From Bacteroidia bacterium (GTDB lineage: Bacteria > Bacteroidota > Bacteroidia > UBA8524): a stretch of DNA of 64,000 nucleotides. Under the pieces are notes generated by a model. It did no database searches. It was not told where the DNA came from and saw nothing but the letters and a program-made list of their open reading frames with translations. The DNA is taken from positions 108,603 through 172,602 of the forward strand of contig JBBKVO010000018.1 of assembly GCA_037968475.1 (NCBI GenBank). Reading direction: 5' to 3'. Positions 1 to 9,463 of this stretch are shown here, piece by piece (positions within the stretch are counted from its first letter, which is position 1; every line of letters begins with the position of its first letter). Position numbers and translations under genes: made by a program.

Positions 1-2057
1 TTATAGGCTACTTGCACATCTAATTTGGCTAAATGATTGAACCTATATTTTAAAGTGTTAGAATTAGTATCTGAACTGCTTTTGTGATACGTAAGCGGGT
101 TCTTATTTATATCGTAGCCGTATACATTATCAGGGTCTAAGCTTTTAGGGTTCATATAAGTATACCCTCCAATAATATTCACTTCGGTTTTCCCCATTTT
201 TCCCTCACCGCCAATACTAATATCAATGCCGTTTACCCTTGCCTTACCCACATTTACCGAGCTAAAGCCCAAACCTAATAAATTCTCGAAACCTAAGTTT
301 GGCCCCCATTGCCCAAAATTAAATTCCATCATACGATTATATTCCGTCCAAAAGCCTGCAATATCAACAAACCCCATCCATTTACCTATTTTAAAACCTT
401 GTTTTACGGCTATTTCGGCATTCCACCCTGTTTCTGATTTTAGATTTGCATTGGGATATACTTGCAATGGCCCCGCCGATGTGCGCACATAACTTTCAAC
501 TATACTAGGAAAACGGTATCCTTGCCCATACGATGCACGTAAAAAAGTAGCTTTTGCAGCCTCGTAGTTTATGCCTGCCCTAAATACGGGTTTCGACTCA
601 AAATAATCATCCAACCTAAAATTCTCGTAGCGTGCGCCAACATTAGCCGTTAGTTTTTTCCACTTTTTTTCTAATTGAAGAAAGGGAGCCAAATTGGCAT
701 TTTGATGTATTCCCTGAAACAATGGCGAGTTGGATAGGGTATAATTGGCCGCCACGCCGCCTACCAAACTCAACCCTATTTTCTCAAAATTGTGCTGCAC
801 TTGATACTCTACATAATAATAATCTGAGCTATTAGATTGGTCGTTGGCTGTATCGCCGTTATCAACATTATTATCTAAATAAAAAAACCTACCGCGCAGG
901 CTATGGCGGGTTTCCCCCGTATAAAAAATAGCGTAAGGGTCAATATTAAAACGGATGCTATTGGTAAAATTAAACCCTGAATCGAGCTGTGTATAGCCTA
1001 AAGCATAACTGTGCCACAAAAGAAATGAGCCTGTATAGCTGCTCATAAAATTACCGTTAATGCCATACACCAAGTTTTTTACTTTTTTGGGAGTATAACG
1101 GGTATTGAAGCTAAAACGTCCGCGTTTTTCGGGGTCGCCCATTCTATAACCGTCATCGTTTAAATAGTTTACTGAAAATGTACCATCAAACCTTCCCCAC
1201 CGTTGCGAGTGGACTATGTTTGCCCCATTTTTAAACAGGGTGCGACCGCCTTGCCATTTAAGACCTTCACTACGCGGGTTATCGTAAACACCTGTAAATA
1301 AATTTGCGGCGGTATAGGGTTTGTCTTTTGGGCGAATTGTACGAATATTTATTACTCCGTTTAATGCTGCCGAACCATACAGCACTGATGAAGCACCTTT
1401 TATTACTTCTACTTGGTCTATATTTTCAACGGGTATTAAACTCCATTGTGCTTGTGCCGCATCACCCGATACCATAGGCATATCATCCAACAACACTAAA
1501 ACACGAGTACCAGCGCCATAACTCCATCCGCTACCGCCACGTATACTGGCTTGCCCATCAATAAAACTAACACTGGGTATTTGGTCAATACCTTCATCAA
1601 TATTTACATTATTACGGTCTTGAAAAAGGTAGGGTTTTACCATCTCCATTGATACAGTAACGTTTTTTAGCTTTTGCTCCCCCTTGCCAGCCGTTACCAC
1701 CACTTGATCGAAATATACCGAGCCGTCCTTCATTTTCACATCCAACAGTAACTCGTTATTTTGTATTTCAACCGCATTTTTTATTGGGTCGTATACATAT
1801 TCAAATGTTATATAGCCAATATACACAAAGCTAACAGTAGTTTTTTGCTTGCTATTTAACTCAAGTGAATAATTTCCGTTTATATCAGTACTAACGCCTT
1901 TTGCTTGGTCAACGTGTACAGTAACACCATACAAAGCCTCGCTAGTAGTGGCATCAGTAACTTTTCCTTTTAGGGTAAAGGTTTGTGCATACATCGAAAA
2001 GGTAGCTACAACCGTCCATAGCACTACACATACATATTGTTTTAACGAAACCGACAT
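1..2057 (-). CDS. TonB-dependent receptor, N-terminal part (gene runs off the window start). Signal peptide, CarboxypepD_reg-like domain, plug and barrel.
   Basis: The minus-strand translation from ATG (complement of 2055-2057) reads MSVSLKQYVCVVLWTVVATFSMYAQTFTLKGKVTDATTSEALYGVTVHVDQ..., then plug-like motifs (VVVTAGKGEQKLKNV..., IDQVEVIKGASSVLYGSAALNGVINI). The reading frame stays open to position 1. It is not in the ORF track because it is truncated by the window edge. Confidence 0.8.
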   Translation of the reverse strand, partial: MSVSLKQYVCVVLWTVVATFSMYAQTFTLKGKVTDATTSEALYGVTVHVDQAKGVSTDINGNYSLELNSKQKTTVSFVYIGYITFEYVYDPIKNAVEIQNNELLLDVKMKDGSVYFDQVVVTAGKGEQKLKNVTVSMEMVKPYLFQDRNNVNIDEGIDQIPSVSFIDGQASIRGGSGWSYGAGTRVLVLLDDMPMVSGDAAQAQWSLIPVENIDQVEVIKGASSVLYGSAALNGVINIRTIRPKDKPYTAANLFTGVYDNPRSEGLKWQGGRTLFKNGANIVHSQRWGRFDGTFSVNYLNDDGYRMGDPEKRGRFSFNTRYTPKKVKNLVYGINGNFMSSYTGSFLLWHSYALGYTQLDSGFNFTNSIRFNIDPYAIFYTGETRHSLRGRFFYLDNNVDNGDTANDQSNSSDYYYVEYQVQHNFEKIGLSLVGGVAANYTLSNSPLFQGIHQNANLAPFLQLEKKWKKLTANVGARYENFRLDDYFESKPVFRAGINYEAAKATFLRASYGQGYRFPSIVESYVRTSAGPLQVYPNANLKSETGWNAEIAVKQGFKIGKWMGFVDIAGFWTEYNRMMEFNFGQWGPNLGFENLLGLGFSSVNVGKARVNGIDISIGGEGKMGKTEVNIIGGYTYMNPKSLDPDNVYGYDINKNPLTYHKSSSDTNSNTLKYRFNHLAKLDVQVAY

Positions 2058-2107
2058 ACTACTTTTGAATCTGGCAATAATACAAGTTTAGTTAACCGCC
2101 GCCTATT

Positions 2108-2857
2108 ATGAAAAAAATTTACGCTGCTATTTTATTTACAGCCATTGCTTTTGGCTTAAATGCCCAATGTACACCCGATAATTCACTAAATCAACCGGGT
2201 TATTATCCTGAACAGTTAGATACTGCACAAATAGCCCAAGCCTATAATATGGTGCTACAATTGCGCATACCTGCCGACACTACAGTTACTTTTTTAGGGC
2301 AAACCATTGTTGCTGATATCGACTCTATAAAATTGGTTTCTGTAAACGGAATGCCTTCAGGGTTTACATACGTATGTAATGTGTCTAATTGTATGTTTGA
2401 ACCTACGCAAACCTATTGCGCTGTGATTAGTGGTAATGCTACAGCCCAACAACAAGGTGTGTACCCTTTAAAATTGGCTATTTTGGCTTATGCGCATGGC
2501 GTAATTTTTGGGTCTACTACTAATTTCCCTCCTCAACCTGATACAATAAAACGTTTTAGTTTGGTTGTTGGACAAGGCACGGTAGGCATACAAACTGTTG
2601 AGGCGAATAAAACTTTTAAAATATTCCCTAACCCTACCAATGACATATTACGTATTTGGATTAACGGGCAAGCGGGCGAAACTGTAACCTATACCATTAG
2701 CGATATTACAGGTAAAGTATACCGCCAAGAAACTGTTGCTCTTGAAAACGGTGAAGTGCTAATAGGCACTACCACTAAAGGATTAGCAAAAGGCATATAC
2801 ATTGTACAACTAAACACCCAAAACGGCATATATGCCGAAAGGTTGATGGTTGAGTAA
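2108..2857 (+). CDS. Secreted protein with a T9SS type-A C-terminal sorting domain
   Basis: N-terminal signal peptide (MKKIYAAILFTAIAFGLNAQ). The C-terminal ~80 aa (KIFPNPTNDILRIWINGQ...KGIYIVQLNTQNGIYAERLMVE) match the Por-secretion-tail pattern. Confidence 0.7.
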   Translation: MKKIYAAILFTAIAFGLNAQCTPDNSLNQPGYYPEQLDTAQIAQAYNMVLQLRIPADTTVTFLGQTIVADIDSIKLVSVNGMPSGFTYVCNVSNCMFEPTQTYCAVISGNATAQQQGVYPLKLAILAYAHGVIFGSTTNFPPQPDTIKRFSLVVGQGTVGIQTVEANKTFKIFPNPTNDILRIWINGQAGETVTYTISDITGKVYRQETVALENGEVLIGTTTKGLAKGIYIVQLNTQNGIYAERLMVE

Positions 2858-2878
2858 CTCTTATACATAATTTAAAAG

Positions 2879-2920
2879 AATAGCCCCAAAAGACTTTGTC
2901 TTTTGGGGCTATTCTTTTTT
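2879..2920 (+). terminator. Rho-independent terminator
   Basis: Hairpin TAGCCCCAAAAGA...TCTTTTGGGGCTA followed by a T-run, directly after the 2857 stop. Confidence 0.6.
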
Positions 2921-3168
2921 GGGCTCTCTGTCATTCTCATTTAAAATGAGAATCTGATTGTAGGGTATTTTTTTGGGTTAGCTCCCCACAGATTCCTTCT
3001 TTCGAGGGAATGACTTGATAAGTAATGGGGTTGAAAAACCATTCTATAAAAAAAATTACAGCCTGAAAGAGGACTTAAGTCCCCTTTCGCTTTGTAATAG
3101 TAACAGCAATGGGTTTTAATCTGTCGCAAATACAGAGACAATTAACTCATTTACCTCCAAACTGACGC

Positions 3169-4200
3169 TTAAATTGTATTGTACCAAGCCAGTGCTTCTT
3201 TAATTTCTTGCGGGGTACAATAATTATCAATAGTTGCGCTGCCAATTTCTTCTAACAAAGTAAAATTAATGCCTTGCACGGTATTTTTCTTATCGGCACC
3301 CATTAGCTTTATTAATTCATCCCAATTAGCATCATCAAGTTTTGGTAGGGTGTACAGGTTTTGTATACACTTAACTATGGCTTGCAATTCGCCTTCATCC
3401 AGTCCATTTTTTTGTGATAGATAGCTTTCGCACAATATACCCAAGGCTACGGCTTCGCCATGCAATAGTGATGCTTCGCTGTTTTCTAAAAACCACGACT
3501 CAACTGCATGGCCTATGGTATGCCCAAAGTTTAACAGTTTGCGCAAACCGTTTTCGTGTAGATCTTCTTCAACAATTTCGTTTTTTATAGCTACAGATGT
3601 AGTTATTTGATTTTTGAACCTACGAGGGTTAAACTCTTGCAACTCCACCCAATGGTCAGCATCGTATATCAACGCGTGTTTTAGCATTTCGGCATAACCT
3701 GCTTTGGTTTCCCTATCGGGTAAGGTTTTTAAAAACGGCGGATGAATAAAAACACCCAAAGGTTCTTTAAACAAACCGATATAATTTTTTAGCCCTTTAT
3801 AATCAACCCCCAGTTTGCCACCTATGGCGGCATCAACCATTGCTAAAAGACTTGTAGGTACATTAATAAAATAGATCCCGCGTTGAAAAACAGCAGCACT
3901 AAAACCACCCATATCGCCTACCACGCCGCCACCTACATTTATTAGCAGCGATTTACGGTTGGCACCCCTTTCTATCAGTATATCAAAAACACTTTCGCAC
4001 GTGCTTAGGCTTTTGTGTTCTTCGCCTGCATCAATGGTAATGGCTTCAAAATCAAAACCTTGTAGCAAGGGTACACAATGCTGCGCTGTGTTTTCATCAG
4101 ACAAAACAAATATGCCTTCAAAATCGCGCGAGTTGACAAAGTTGGCCAAATACTCTAAAGCATTATCGCTTATTACTATATGTTCGTTTATTAGCTGCAT
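3169..4200 (-). CDS. aroB: 3-dehydroquinate synthase
   Basis: Full-length 343 aa with the GGGVVGDMGGF and NVPTSLLAMVDAAIGGKLGV motifs characteristic of DHQ synthase. Confidence 0.9.
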   Translation of the reverse strand: MQLINEHIVISDNALEYLANFVNSRDFEGIFVLSDENTAQHCVPLLQGFDFEAITIDAGEEHKSLSTCESVFDILIERGANRKSLLINVGGGVVGDMGGFSAAVFQRGIYFINVPTSLLAMVDAAIGGKLGVDYKGLKNYIGLFKEPLGVFIHPPFLKTLPDRETKAGYAEMLKHALIYDADHWVELQEFNPRRFKNQITTSVAIKNEIVEEDLHENGLRKLLNFGHTIGHAVESWFLENSEASLLHGEAVALGILCESYLSQKNGLDEGELQAIVKCIQNLYTLPKLDDANWDELIKLMGADKKNTVQGINFTLLEEIGSATIDNYCTPQEIKEALAWYNTI

Positions 4201-4306
4201 ATTTTTTATTGATTGATTTGTTGATTGATTTGTTGATTTTGAGATTAACTGATTTTAAATCTATTAATTTTTTGTCATAGTTCGAGAACCTCACTATAAC
4301 AAAAAA

Positions 4307-5317
4307 TTAATACCCCCTTTTCACAACTCCCCAACCTATGCGTGCACCTGTATATTGGTCGGTAGGGGCATTGTTTAGTAATTCTTCAATATGAATATCA
4401 ATTTCAGGGGTTAGTTGCACTTCTATTGCTTTACAATTGGCATCCACTTGTTCAGGACGTGATGCGCCAATAATAAGCGATGTAACAGGAGGTTTGTTTA
4501 GTGCCCAAGCCAATGCCAATGCAGCTTGTGTGCAATTTAAGCCATCAGCAATTTTTTTAAGCTCATTTTGCATATCAAAAAACTCATCTGTCATTCGTTT
4601 GCGGGGGAAATATGCTCCTAAATCCTCGCTGCTCATGCGCGAATCATCGGGCACATTATCGCGTGTGTATTTACCTGTTAGTAAACCTTGCGCCAATGGC
4701 GAGTAGCACACCAAACCCAAACCATCTTTGTGGCATACATCCATCACATCTACTTCAAGGCTACGGTTTAGCATATTGTATACGGGTTGGTTGCTTATAG
4801 GTTTGCGCCATCCGTTTTTTTCGCAAATGCGTAAAGCATCAACTATTTGCACGGCACTCCATTGGCTCACTCCCCAATGTAGTATATAGCCACGATCTAC
4901 CAAGTTGTGCATGGCATAGCAGGTTTCTTCTAGCGGGGTGTCAATATCGTAGCGGTGGCATTGGTATAAATCGATGTAATCGGTACGCAGGCGCAACAAA
5001 CTAGCCTCGCAGGCGGTGCGTATATGGCGCATAGATAACCCTTGTGCCATCCAATGATTACTCATTGGGCCAAAAACTTTGGTAGCCACCACAAACTCGC
5101 TACGGACTTTCCCGTGCAGCCATTCGCCAAGTACTTTTTCGCTTTCGCCCATATAATACATATCGGCAGTGTCATAAAAGTTAATACCGTTTTCTAAGGC
5201 TTTATCTAAGGTGGCTATCATATTTTGCCTATTTCCTTTTAGCTGAAAATTCAGCCACATCCCCATCCCTATTTCTGATATATAAATGCCTGTATTGCCC
5301 AGTTGCCTGTATTTCAT
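4307..5317 (-). CDS. Aldo/keto reductase family oxidoreductase (Tas/Kv-beta-like)
   Basis: 336 aa with the typical AKR N-terminus (MKYRQLGNTGIYISEIGMG) and an AKR fold pattern throughout. Confidence 0.85.
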   Translation of the reverse strand: MKYRQLGNTGIYISEIGMGMWLNFQLKGNRQNMIATLDKALENGINFYDTADMYYMGESEKVLGEWLHGKVRSEFVVATKVFGPMSNHWMAQGLSMRHIRTACEASLLRLRTDYIDLYQCHRYDIDTPLEETCYAMHNLVDRGYILHWGVSQWSAVQIVDALRICEKNGWRKPISNQPVYNMLNRSLEVDVMDVCHKDGLGLVCYSPLAQGLLTGKYTRDNVPDDSRMSSEDLGAYFPRKRMTDEFFDMQNELKKIADGLNCTQAALALAWALNKPPVTSLIIGASRPEQVDANCKAIEVQLTPEIDIHIEELLNNAPTDQYTGARIGWGVVKRGY

Positions 5318-5384
5318 AAGTTTATCTTTTTAAGGTAGTCGTTTTGCCAGTAAGCAATTTAAGCACTTTAGCTATAAACAAAAA

Positions 5385-5408
5385 ATGGCCTTTTTAGGCC
5401 ATTTAATA
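5385..5408 (-). terminator. Putative rho-independent terminator on the minus strand
   Basis: Stem ATGGCCT/AGGCCAT with a 5-nt loop. On the minus strand it is followed by a T-run. It lies between the lipoprotein gene and the AKR start. Confidence 0.35.
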
Positions 5409-5576
5409 TTCATTGGTTTAAAAACCGGTGCTACTCATGCCTATCGGAAATCCCGATAGGGTATCAGTGGTAGGTTTTAACCCATCAAGGGATTATCAAA
5501 AATCTTGTGCTCAGGCCTTAAACAGTTTTTGAACAATTAATGTTAGATGTAAAACAGTTATTTTTTTATGTATCAA

Positions 5577-6077
5577 CTACTCTTGCCTTGTCCAAACAAT
5601 CTCACCGCTTAGGCATTCTTCTTTTTTTAGTGAGGTCTCTATTTGAGTACGTAAGCTTTCCGTTGATTTTACGGCTTCAGTACCTCCATCAAGCAAACCA
5701 ACATCGTAGGTATACATTTTTCCATTATTGTACTCGTAGCAATACAAATAGTAGCTATTATCGTCTTTTGGAAGAGAGTATATAAACGTTTTGCCACTAA
5801 TTTTAGTTACCCACCCTATAAATTCATTGGTTTCAAGGCTATACATTGTGCCCGTATTTTCTACTTTAATAGAATAGCTATTGGCAGAAGCTTTTGTTAT
5901 AGTTACTTTACCAAATTCAGGGTCTTCCTCGTTGTTCGTCCATGTACCCAAAAGGTTAGGGTCGATTTTTTCAGTGCCCGTGTTTCCGGCAGGGTAGTCT
6001 AAACCAATTGGGCAACCGCTAAGTAATACCATTACCGGCAGCAGCATTATTATTACAAATTTTGTAGTTTTCATCAT
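5577..6077 (-). CDS. Hypothetical lipoprotein
   Basis: Signal peptide with a lipobox-like LLSGC motif. No recognisable domain. Confidence 0.5.
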   Translation of the reverse strand: MMKTTKFVIIMLLPVMVLLSGCPIGLDYPAGNTGTEKIDPNLLGTWTNNEEDPEFGKVTITKASANSYSIKVENTGTMYSLETNEFIGWVTKISGKTFIYSLPKDDNSYYLYCYEYNNGKMYTYDVGLLDGGTEAVKSTESLRTQIETSLKKEECLSGEIVWTRQE

Positions 6078-6160
6078 TTAGGTTAATACACCAAATATCA
6101 TCATAAGTAAATTATTTTTTCTACGATTTTTTTTAACCCGCTCGCACCTATTTTTGCACC

Positions 6161-6865
6161 ATGCAAAAACGCACTAAAATACCTGTATGGATAAAAACAG
6201 TTTGGGGCTATACAAAACCAATTGCTGTTTTATTGATGCAACTGTTTTTGCTGTTTACCATTGTGTTTAGGGTAGTGCCTATCCCTTTATCACCATTGAT
6301 GGTATTGCGCCCTTCGCCCATAAAAAAAGATTGGGTGGCGTATGAAAAAATTAATAAAAATGTGCTGGTAGCAGCTCTGACTGCCGAAGACCCACACTTT
6401 GCCACCCATTGGGGGTTTGAGTTTGAGGCAATGGTAGATGCTGTTGAGGATAATATTGAAGGAAAAAAGAAACACCTACGCGGTGGTAGTACTATTAGCC
6501 AGCAAACAGCAAAAAATGTATTTCTTTTTCCGGGTAATGGTATTACACGTTATATACGCAAGGGGTTTGAGTTTCCGCTAACGGCTTGGCTTGAACTAAT
6601 GTGGAACAAACGCCGCATATTGGAGGTATACTTAAATATTATTGAAATGGGCGATGGTATTTATGGTATTGAGGCCGCTGCACAGCATTATTATAAAACC
6701 ACAGCAGCAAAACTAACGGCGCAGCAAGCTGCTTCAATTGTGGTTTGTTTTCCTAATCCTTTGAAAAGAAATCCATTGAAGCTAACGCCCCGTTTGCAAA
6801 AAAGGCGAAACAAATATGTGCGCTGGATGGCAGGCTATAAGTTGCCCGCCAACCTGCAACCCTAA
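6161..6865 (+). CDS. mtgA: Monofunctional biosynthetic peptidoglycan transglycosylase (GT51)
   Basis: 234 aa with an N-terminal TM helix and GT51 motifs ([26 protein letters not shown]). Confidence 0.85.
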   Translation: MQKRTKIPVWIKTVWGYTKPIAVLLMQLFLLFTIVFRVVPIPLSPLMVLRPSPIKKDWVAYEKINKNVLVAALTAEDPHFATHWGFEFEAMVDAVEDNIEGKKKHLRGGSTISQQTAKNVFLFPGNGITRYIRKGFEFPLTAWLELMWNKRRILEVYLNIIEMGDGIYGIEAAAQHYYKTTAAKLTAQQAASIVVCFPNPLKRNPLKLTPRLQKRRNKYVRWMAGYKLPANLQP

Positions 6866-7731
6866 AACATTTGCTCCATTATTTTTATAAGGTAGCGGCC
6901 ATAGCCACTTTTCATAAGCGGATGGGCTAGTTTTTCAAGCTGCTCTTTATTAATAAAGCCCATACGGTAAGCTATTTCTTCAGGGCAACCGATTTTTAGG
7001 CCTTGCCTTTCTTCAATCACCTGTACAAATGTGCCTGCTTGTATTAGCGAGTCTATAGTACCTGTATCTAACCATGCCGTTCCCCTGTTCATCAGGGCTA
7101 CTTTTAGGCGATTGCGTTGCAGGTATATTTTATTAATATCGGTTATTTCCAACTCGCCGCGTGGCGATGGTTTTAGGCTGCGGGCATAGGCCACCACATC
7201 GTTATCGTAGTAGTAAAGGCCGGGTACTGCATAGTTTGATTTTGGTTTTTCGGGTTTCTCTTCAATGCTTAGCACGTTCATATCCTCGTCAAAATCAACC
7301 ACACCGTAACGCTCAGGGTCGTTTACGTGGTAGGCGAAAACTATACCGCCTTCAGGGTCGTTACAGGCCTGCAAAGTGCGCGAAAAGCCCGAACCATAAA
7401 ATATATTATCACCCAAAATAAGGGCTACTTTTTCTTTACCGATAAAATCAGCACCTATGGTAAATGCTTGCGCAAGTCCTTTTGGTTCTGGTTGTTCAGC
7501 ATAGCTAAACTCGCAGCCAAACTGCTTACCATCGCCCAAAAGTTGACGAAAAAGGGGTAAATCGTGCGGGGTAGATATAATAAGTATTTCGCGTATGCCC
7601 GATAGCATTAGGGTGCTGAGGGGATAGTATATCATGGGTTTATCGTACACAGGCATTAGCTGTTTGCTAACGGCAATTGTAAGTGGATGCAAGCGTGTAC
7701 CCGAACCTCCTGCTAATATTATACCTTTCAT
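6862..7731 (-). CDS. rfbA: Glucose-1-phosphate thymidylyltransferase
   Basis: [19 protein letters not shown]-terminus, 289 aa. Canonical RmlA. Confidence 0.9.
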   Translation of the reverse strand: MKGIILAGGSGTRLHPLTIAVSKQLMPVYDKPMIYYPLSTLMLSGIREILIISTPHDLPLFRQLLGDGKQFGCEFSYAEQPEPKGLAQAFTIGADFIGKEKVALILGDNIFYGSGFSRTLQACNDPEGGIVFAYHVNDPERYGVVDFDEDMNVLSIEEKPEKPKSNYAVPGLYYYDNDVVAYARSLKPSPRGELEITDINKIYLQRNRLKVALMNRGTAWLDTGTIDSLIQAGTFVQVIEERQGLKIGCPEEIAYRMGFINKEQLEKLAHPLMKSGYGRYLIKIMEQMF

Positions 7732-7996
7732 TCTACAATTATACTAAGTTTGGGCTGAATTGCCTTACAGTATGGCGTTACTAATTTTTTGTTTGCCAGT
7801 ATGAGCGTCCGCTTGTGCTAAACAATAGGGTAGCATCCGCTACCTGCTTAAATGTTTCATCCACAATGCCTGCCGCACTCCTTCAACTTCATCCAGAAAA
7901 AACCACTTGTTATCCCGTCATGCCGACGCAGGTCGGCATCTCGTTGCCCAATAAAGTTTACACAGATTGAGATCCTGAAACAAGTTCAGGATGACA

Positions 7997-8030
7997 GCCA
8001 CACAAGGTGACAATGGTTAGTTTAGGCATT
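7997..8030. repeat. Short dispersed repeat CAGGATGACAG.CACAAGG.ACAATGGTTAG (copy 1)
   Basis: Near-identical to 39999-40032. A partial match (ATGACAGCCGCGCA) lies at 9425-9438. Confidence 0.5.
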
Positions 8031-8052
8031 GCTTAAAACTGTAAACCAAAAA

Positions 8053-8105
8053 CTTAAAACTGTTTACAAATCCTCAGCACGCTCGACCAACTTAAGGTCG
8101 GGTTG
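8053..8105 (-). pseudogene. Displaced, diverged copy of the rmuC 3' end (last ~11 codons plus stop)
   Basis: The minus-strand translation of 8062-8097 reads ...PDLKLVERAEDL*, the same as the true RmuC C-terminus (DPKLVERAEDL*) at 9464-9499. The DNA is about 85% identical to 9453-9510. Confidence 0.65.
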
Positions 8106-8185
8106 TTTTAAATTTTATAATTTAAGTTATCATTATTTTGTAGAGATAATATAAATTATTAAATTGCTTCAAACTATCGTAAATT

Positions 8186-8956
8186 ATGTGGAAAGGATTT
8201 AATTTAAAATTGGAAGGCTTTGAAAATTTAGATCAGTACGAAACTATTGGCAAAAGTCTCTATACCGCAAATAAAAATCAAGCTATGAAAGGGCTTGAGG
8301 AATATACTACTAAAAATGGTCGAATTAATGGTACCGAAATGAAAAAAGATTGGTTTCCTGAAATTATGGCCGATATTTTTATTTCGCATTCACATAGTGA
8401 TGAAAAAATTGCTGTTGCTTTGTCTGGGTATCTTCATGATAATTTTGGTTTAAATACATTTATCGACTCTTGTGTATGGGGGTACGCAAACGACCTACTG
8501 TTTGAAATTGATAAAAAAAACTGTTCTTCTGGTGATAATCTTTTCAGCTATGAGGCCAGAAATTATTCAACTAGTAATGTTCACATGATGTTAGCTACAG
8601 CAATATCTAAAATGATGGATAAAACAGAGTGTGTATTCTTTTTGAATACACAAAACTCAATTACCACTAACGTAGCTCTGATCTCTCAAACTGAATCACC
8701 ATGGATTTATTTCGAATTAGCGATGACGAAAATCCTTAGAGCTAATATTCCAAATAGATTAAAAGAGGAAACTAGAACCATGTCTGAATCTCTTAATAAG
8801 AAATCTACATTTGTTTATGAGTTAGATTTGAGTGACTTGATAGAAATTAGTTTTACTCACTTATTAAGATGGGAAAGGGAAAATAAGCTTACAGCTGCAT
8901 CAGCACTCGATAAACTATATGAAATAACGAATAGTAATGGCATTATCAGAGGATAA
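8186..8956 (+). CDS. TIR-domain protein (candidate NADase-type immune TIR)
   Basis: Residues 63-98 are DIFISHSHSDEKIAVALSGYLHDNFGLNTFIDS, the betaA-alphaA-betaB TIR signature. Residues 139-178 are AISKMMDKTECVFFLNTQNSITT...SPWIYFEL, matching the vvvlS.ny..S.WC..EL block with a candidate catalytic Glu at residue 177. The gene is AT-rich. Confidence 0.6.
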   Translation: MWKGFNLKLEGFENLDQYETIGKSLYTANKNQAMKGLEEYTTKNGRINGTEMKKDWFPEIMADIFISHSHSDEKIAVALSGYLHDNFGLNTFIDSCVWGYANDLLFEIDKKNCSSGDNLFSYEARNYSTSNVHMMLATAISKMMDKTECVFFLNTQNSITTNVALISQTESPWIYFELAMTKILRANIPNRLKEETRTMSESLNKKSTFVYELDLSDLIEISFTHLLRWERENKLTAASALDKLYEITNSNGIIRG

Positions 8957-9359
8957 AATCAAACATTTAGAGTTTATACAGAACATAATTACTCGTATGA
9001 ACTCTAATTCATTTCAGATTAAAGGCTTGGCAGTCACCCTAACAACTGGTTTATTGGCAGTTTATGGTGCAAATCCAAAAGTGATTTTTATATTCATAGG
9101 GATACTACCCAATATACTTTTTTGGCTCTTGGATACTTATTACCTACAAATGGAGTGGAAATTTAGAGGGCTGTATAATGATATTATAAACCCAGATAAT
9201 ACTATACCTTCATTTAGTATGGATATTATCAAATACAAAGGAAAAGAGTACTCGTTTGTTAATGTACTATGCTCTAAATCAATACTTCCTTTGTACCTAT
9301 CAATTATTGTTATTTTACTTTTGCTTGGTATTGGAATTCAATATAATTCCTGTGCTTAA
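8937..9359 (+). CDS. Small membrane protein with three predicted TM helices; candidate effector partner of the TIR protein
   Basis: 140 aa. It overlaps the upstream gene by 20 nt, which suggests translational coupling. Hydrophobic segments lie at about residues 28-47, 50-70 and 116-136. Confidence 0.5.
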   Translation: MALSEDKIKHLEFIQNIITRMNSNSFQIKGLAVTLTTGLLAVYGANPKVIFIFIGILPNILFWLLDTYYLQMEWKFRGLYNDIINPDNTIPSFSMDIIKYKGKEYSFVNVLCSKSILPLYLSIIVILLLLGIGIQYNSCA

Positions 9360-9463
9360 AAGATACTTGAATTATACTTTCTGATAAAAATCCCCTACCC
9401 GCCCATGTTTCGACTTCGCTCAACATGACAGCCGCGCAGCCATTAGTTATTACTTAAAACTGT

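Noticed and set aside
226-1521. Plus-strand ORFs 226..492 and 1321..1521
   Set aside because: They lie antisense within the TonB-dependent receptor gene that occupies 1-2057 on the minus strand.
2941-3141. 66-aa minus-strand ORF between the terminator and aroB
   Set aside because: It is short and has no motifs. It lies in a region that looks like a 3' UTR or terminator area and is probably non-coding.
8937-9359. Considered that the 140-aa TM protein could be a phage holin, which would imply a prophage remnant
   Set aside because: No other phage genes (endolysin, structural, integrase) lie nearby. The tight coupling to a TIR gene argues for a defence or toxin pair.
8105-9452. Looked for an integrase, transposase or tRNA at the cassette borders
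   Set aside because: No such gene or tRNA-like structure was found. The insertion signature rests only on the direct repeats, the displaced rmuC 3' copy and the composition.
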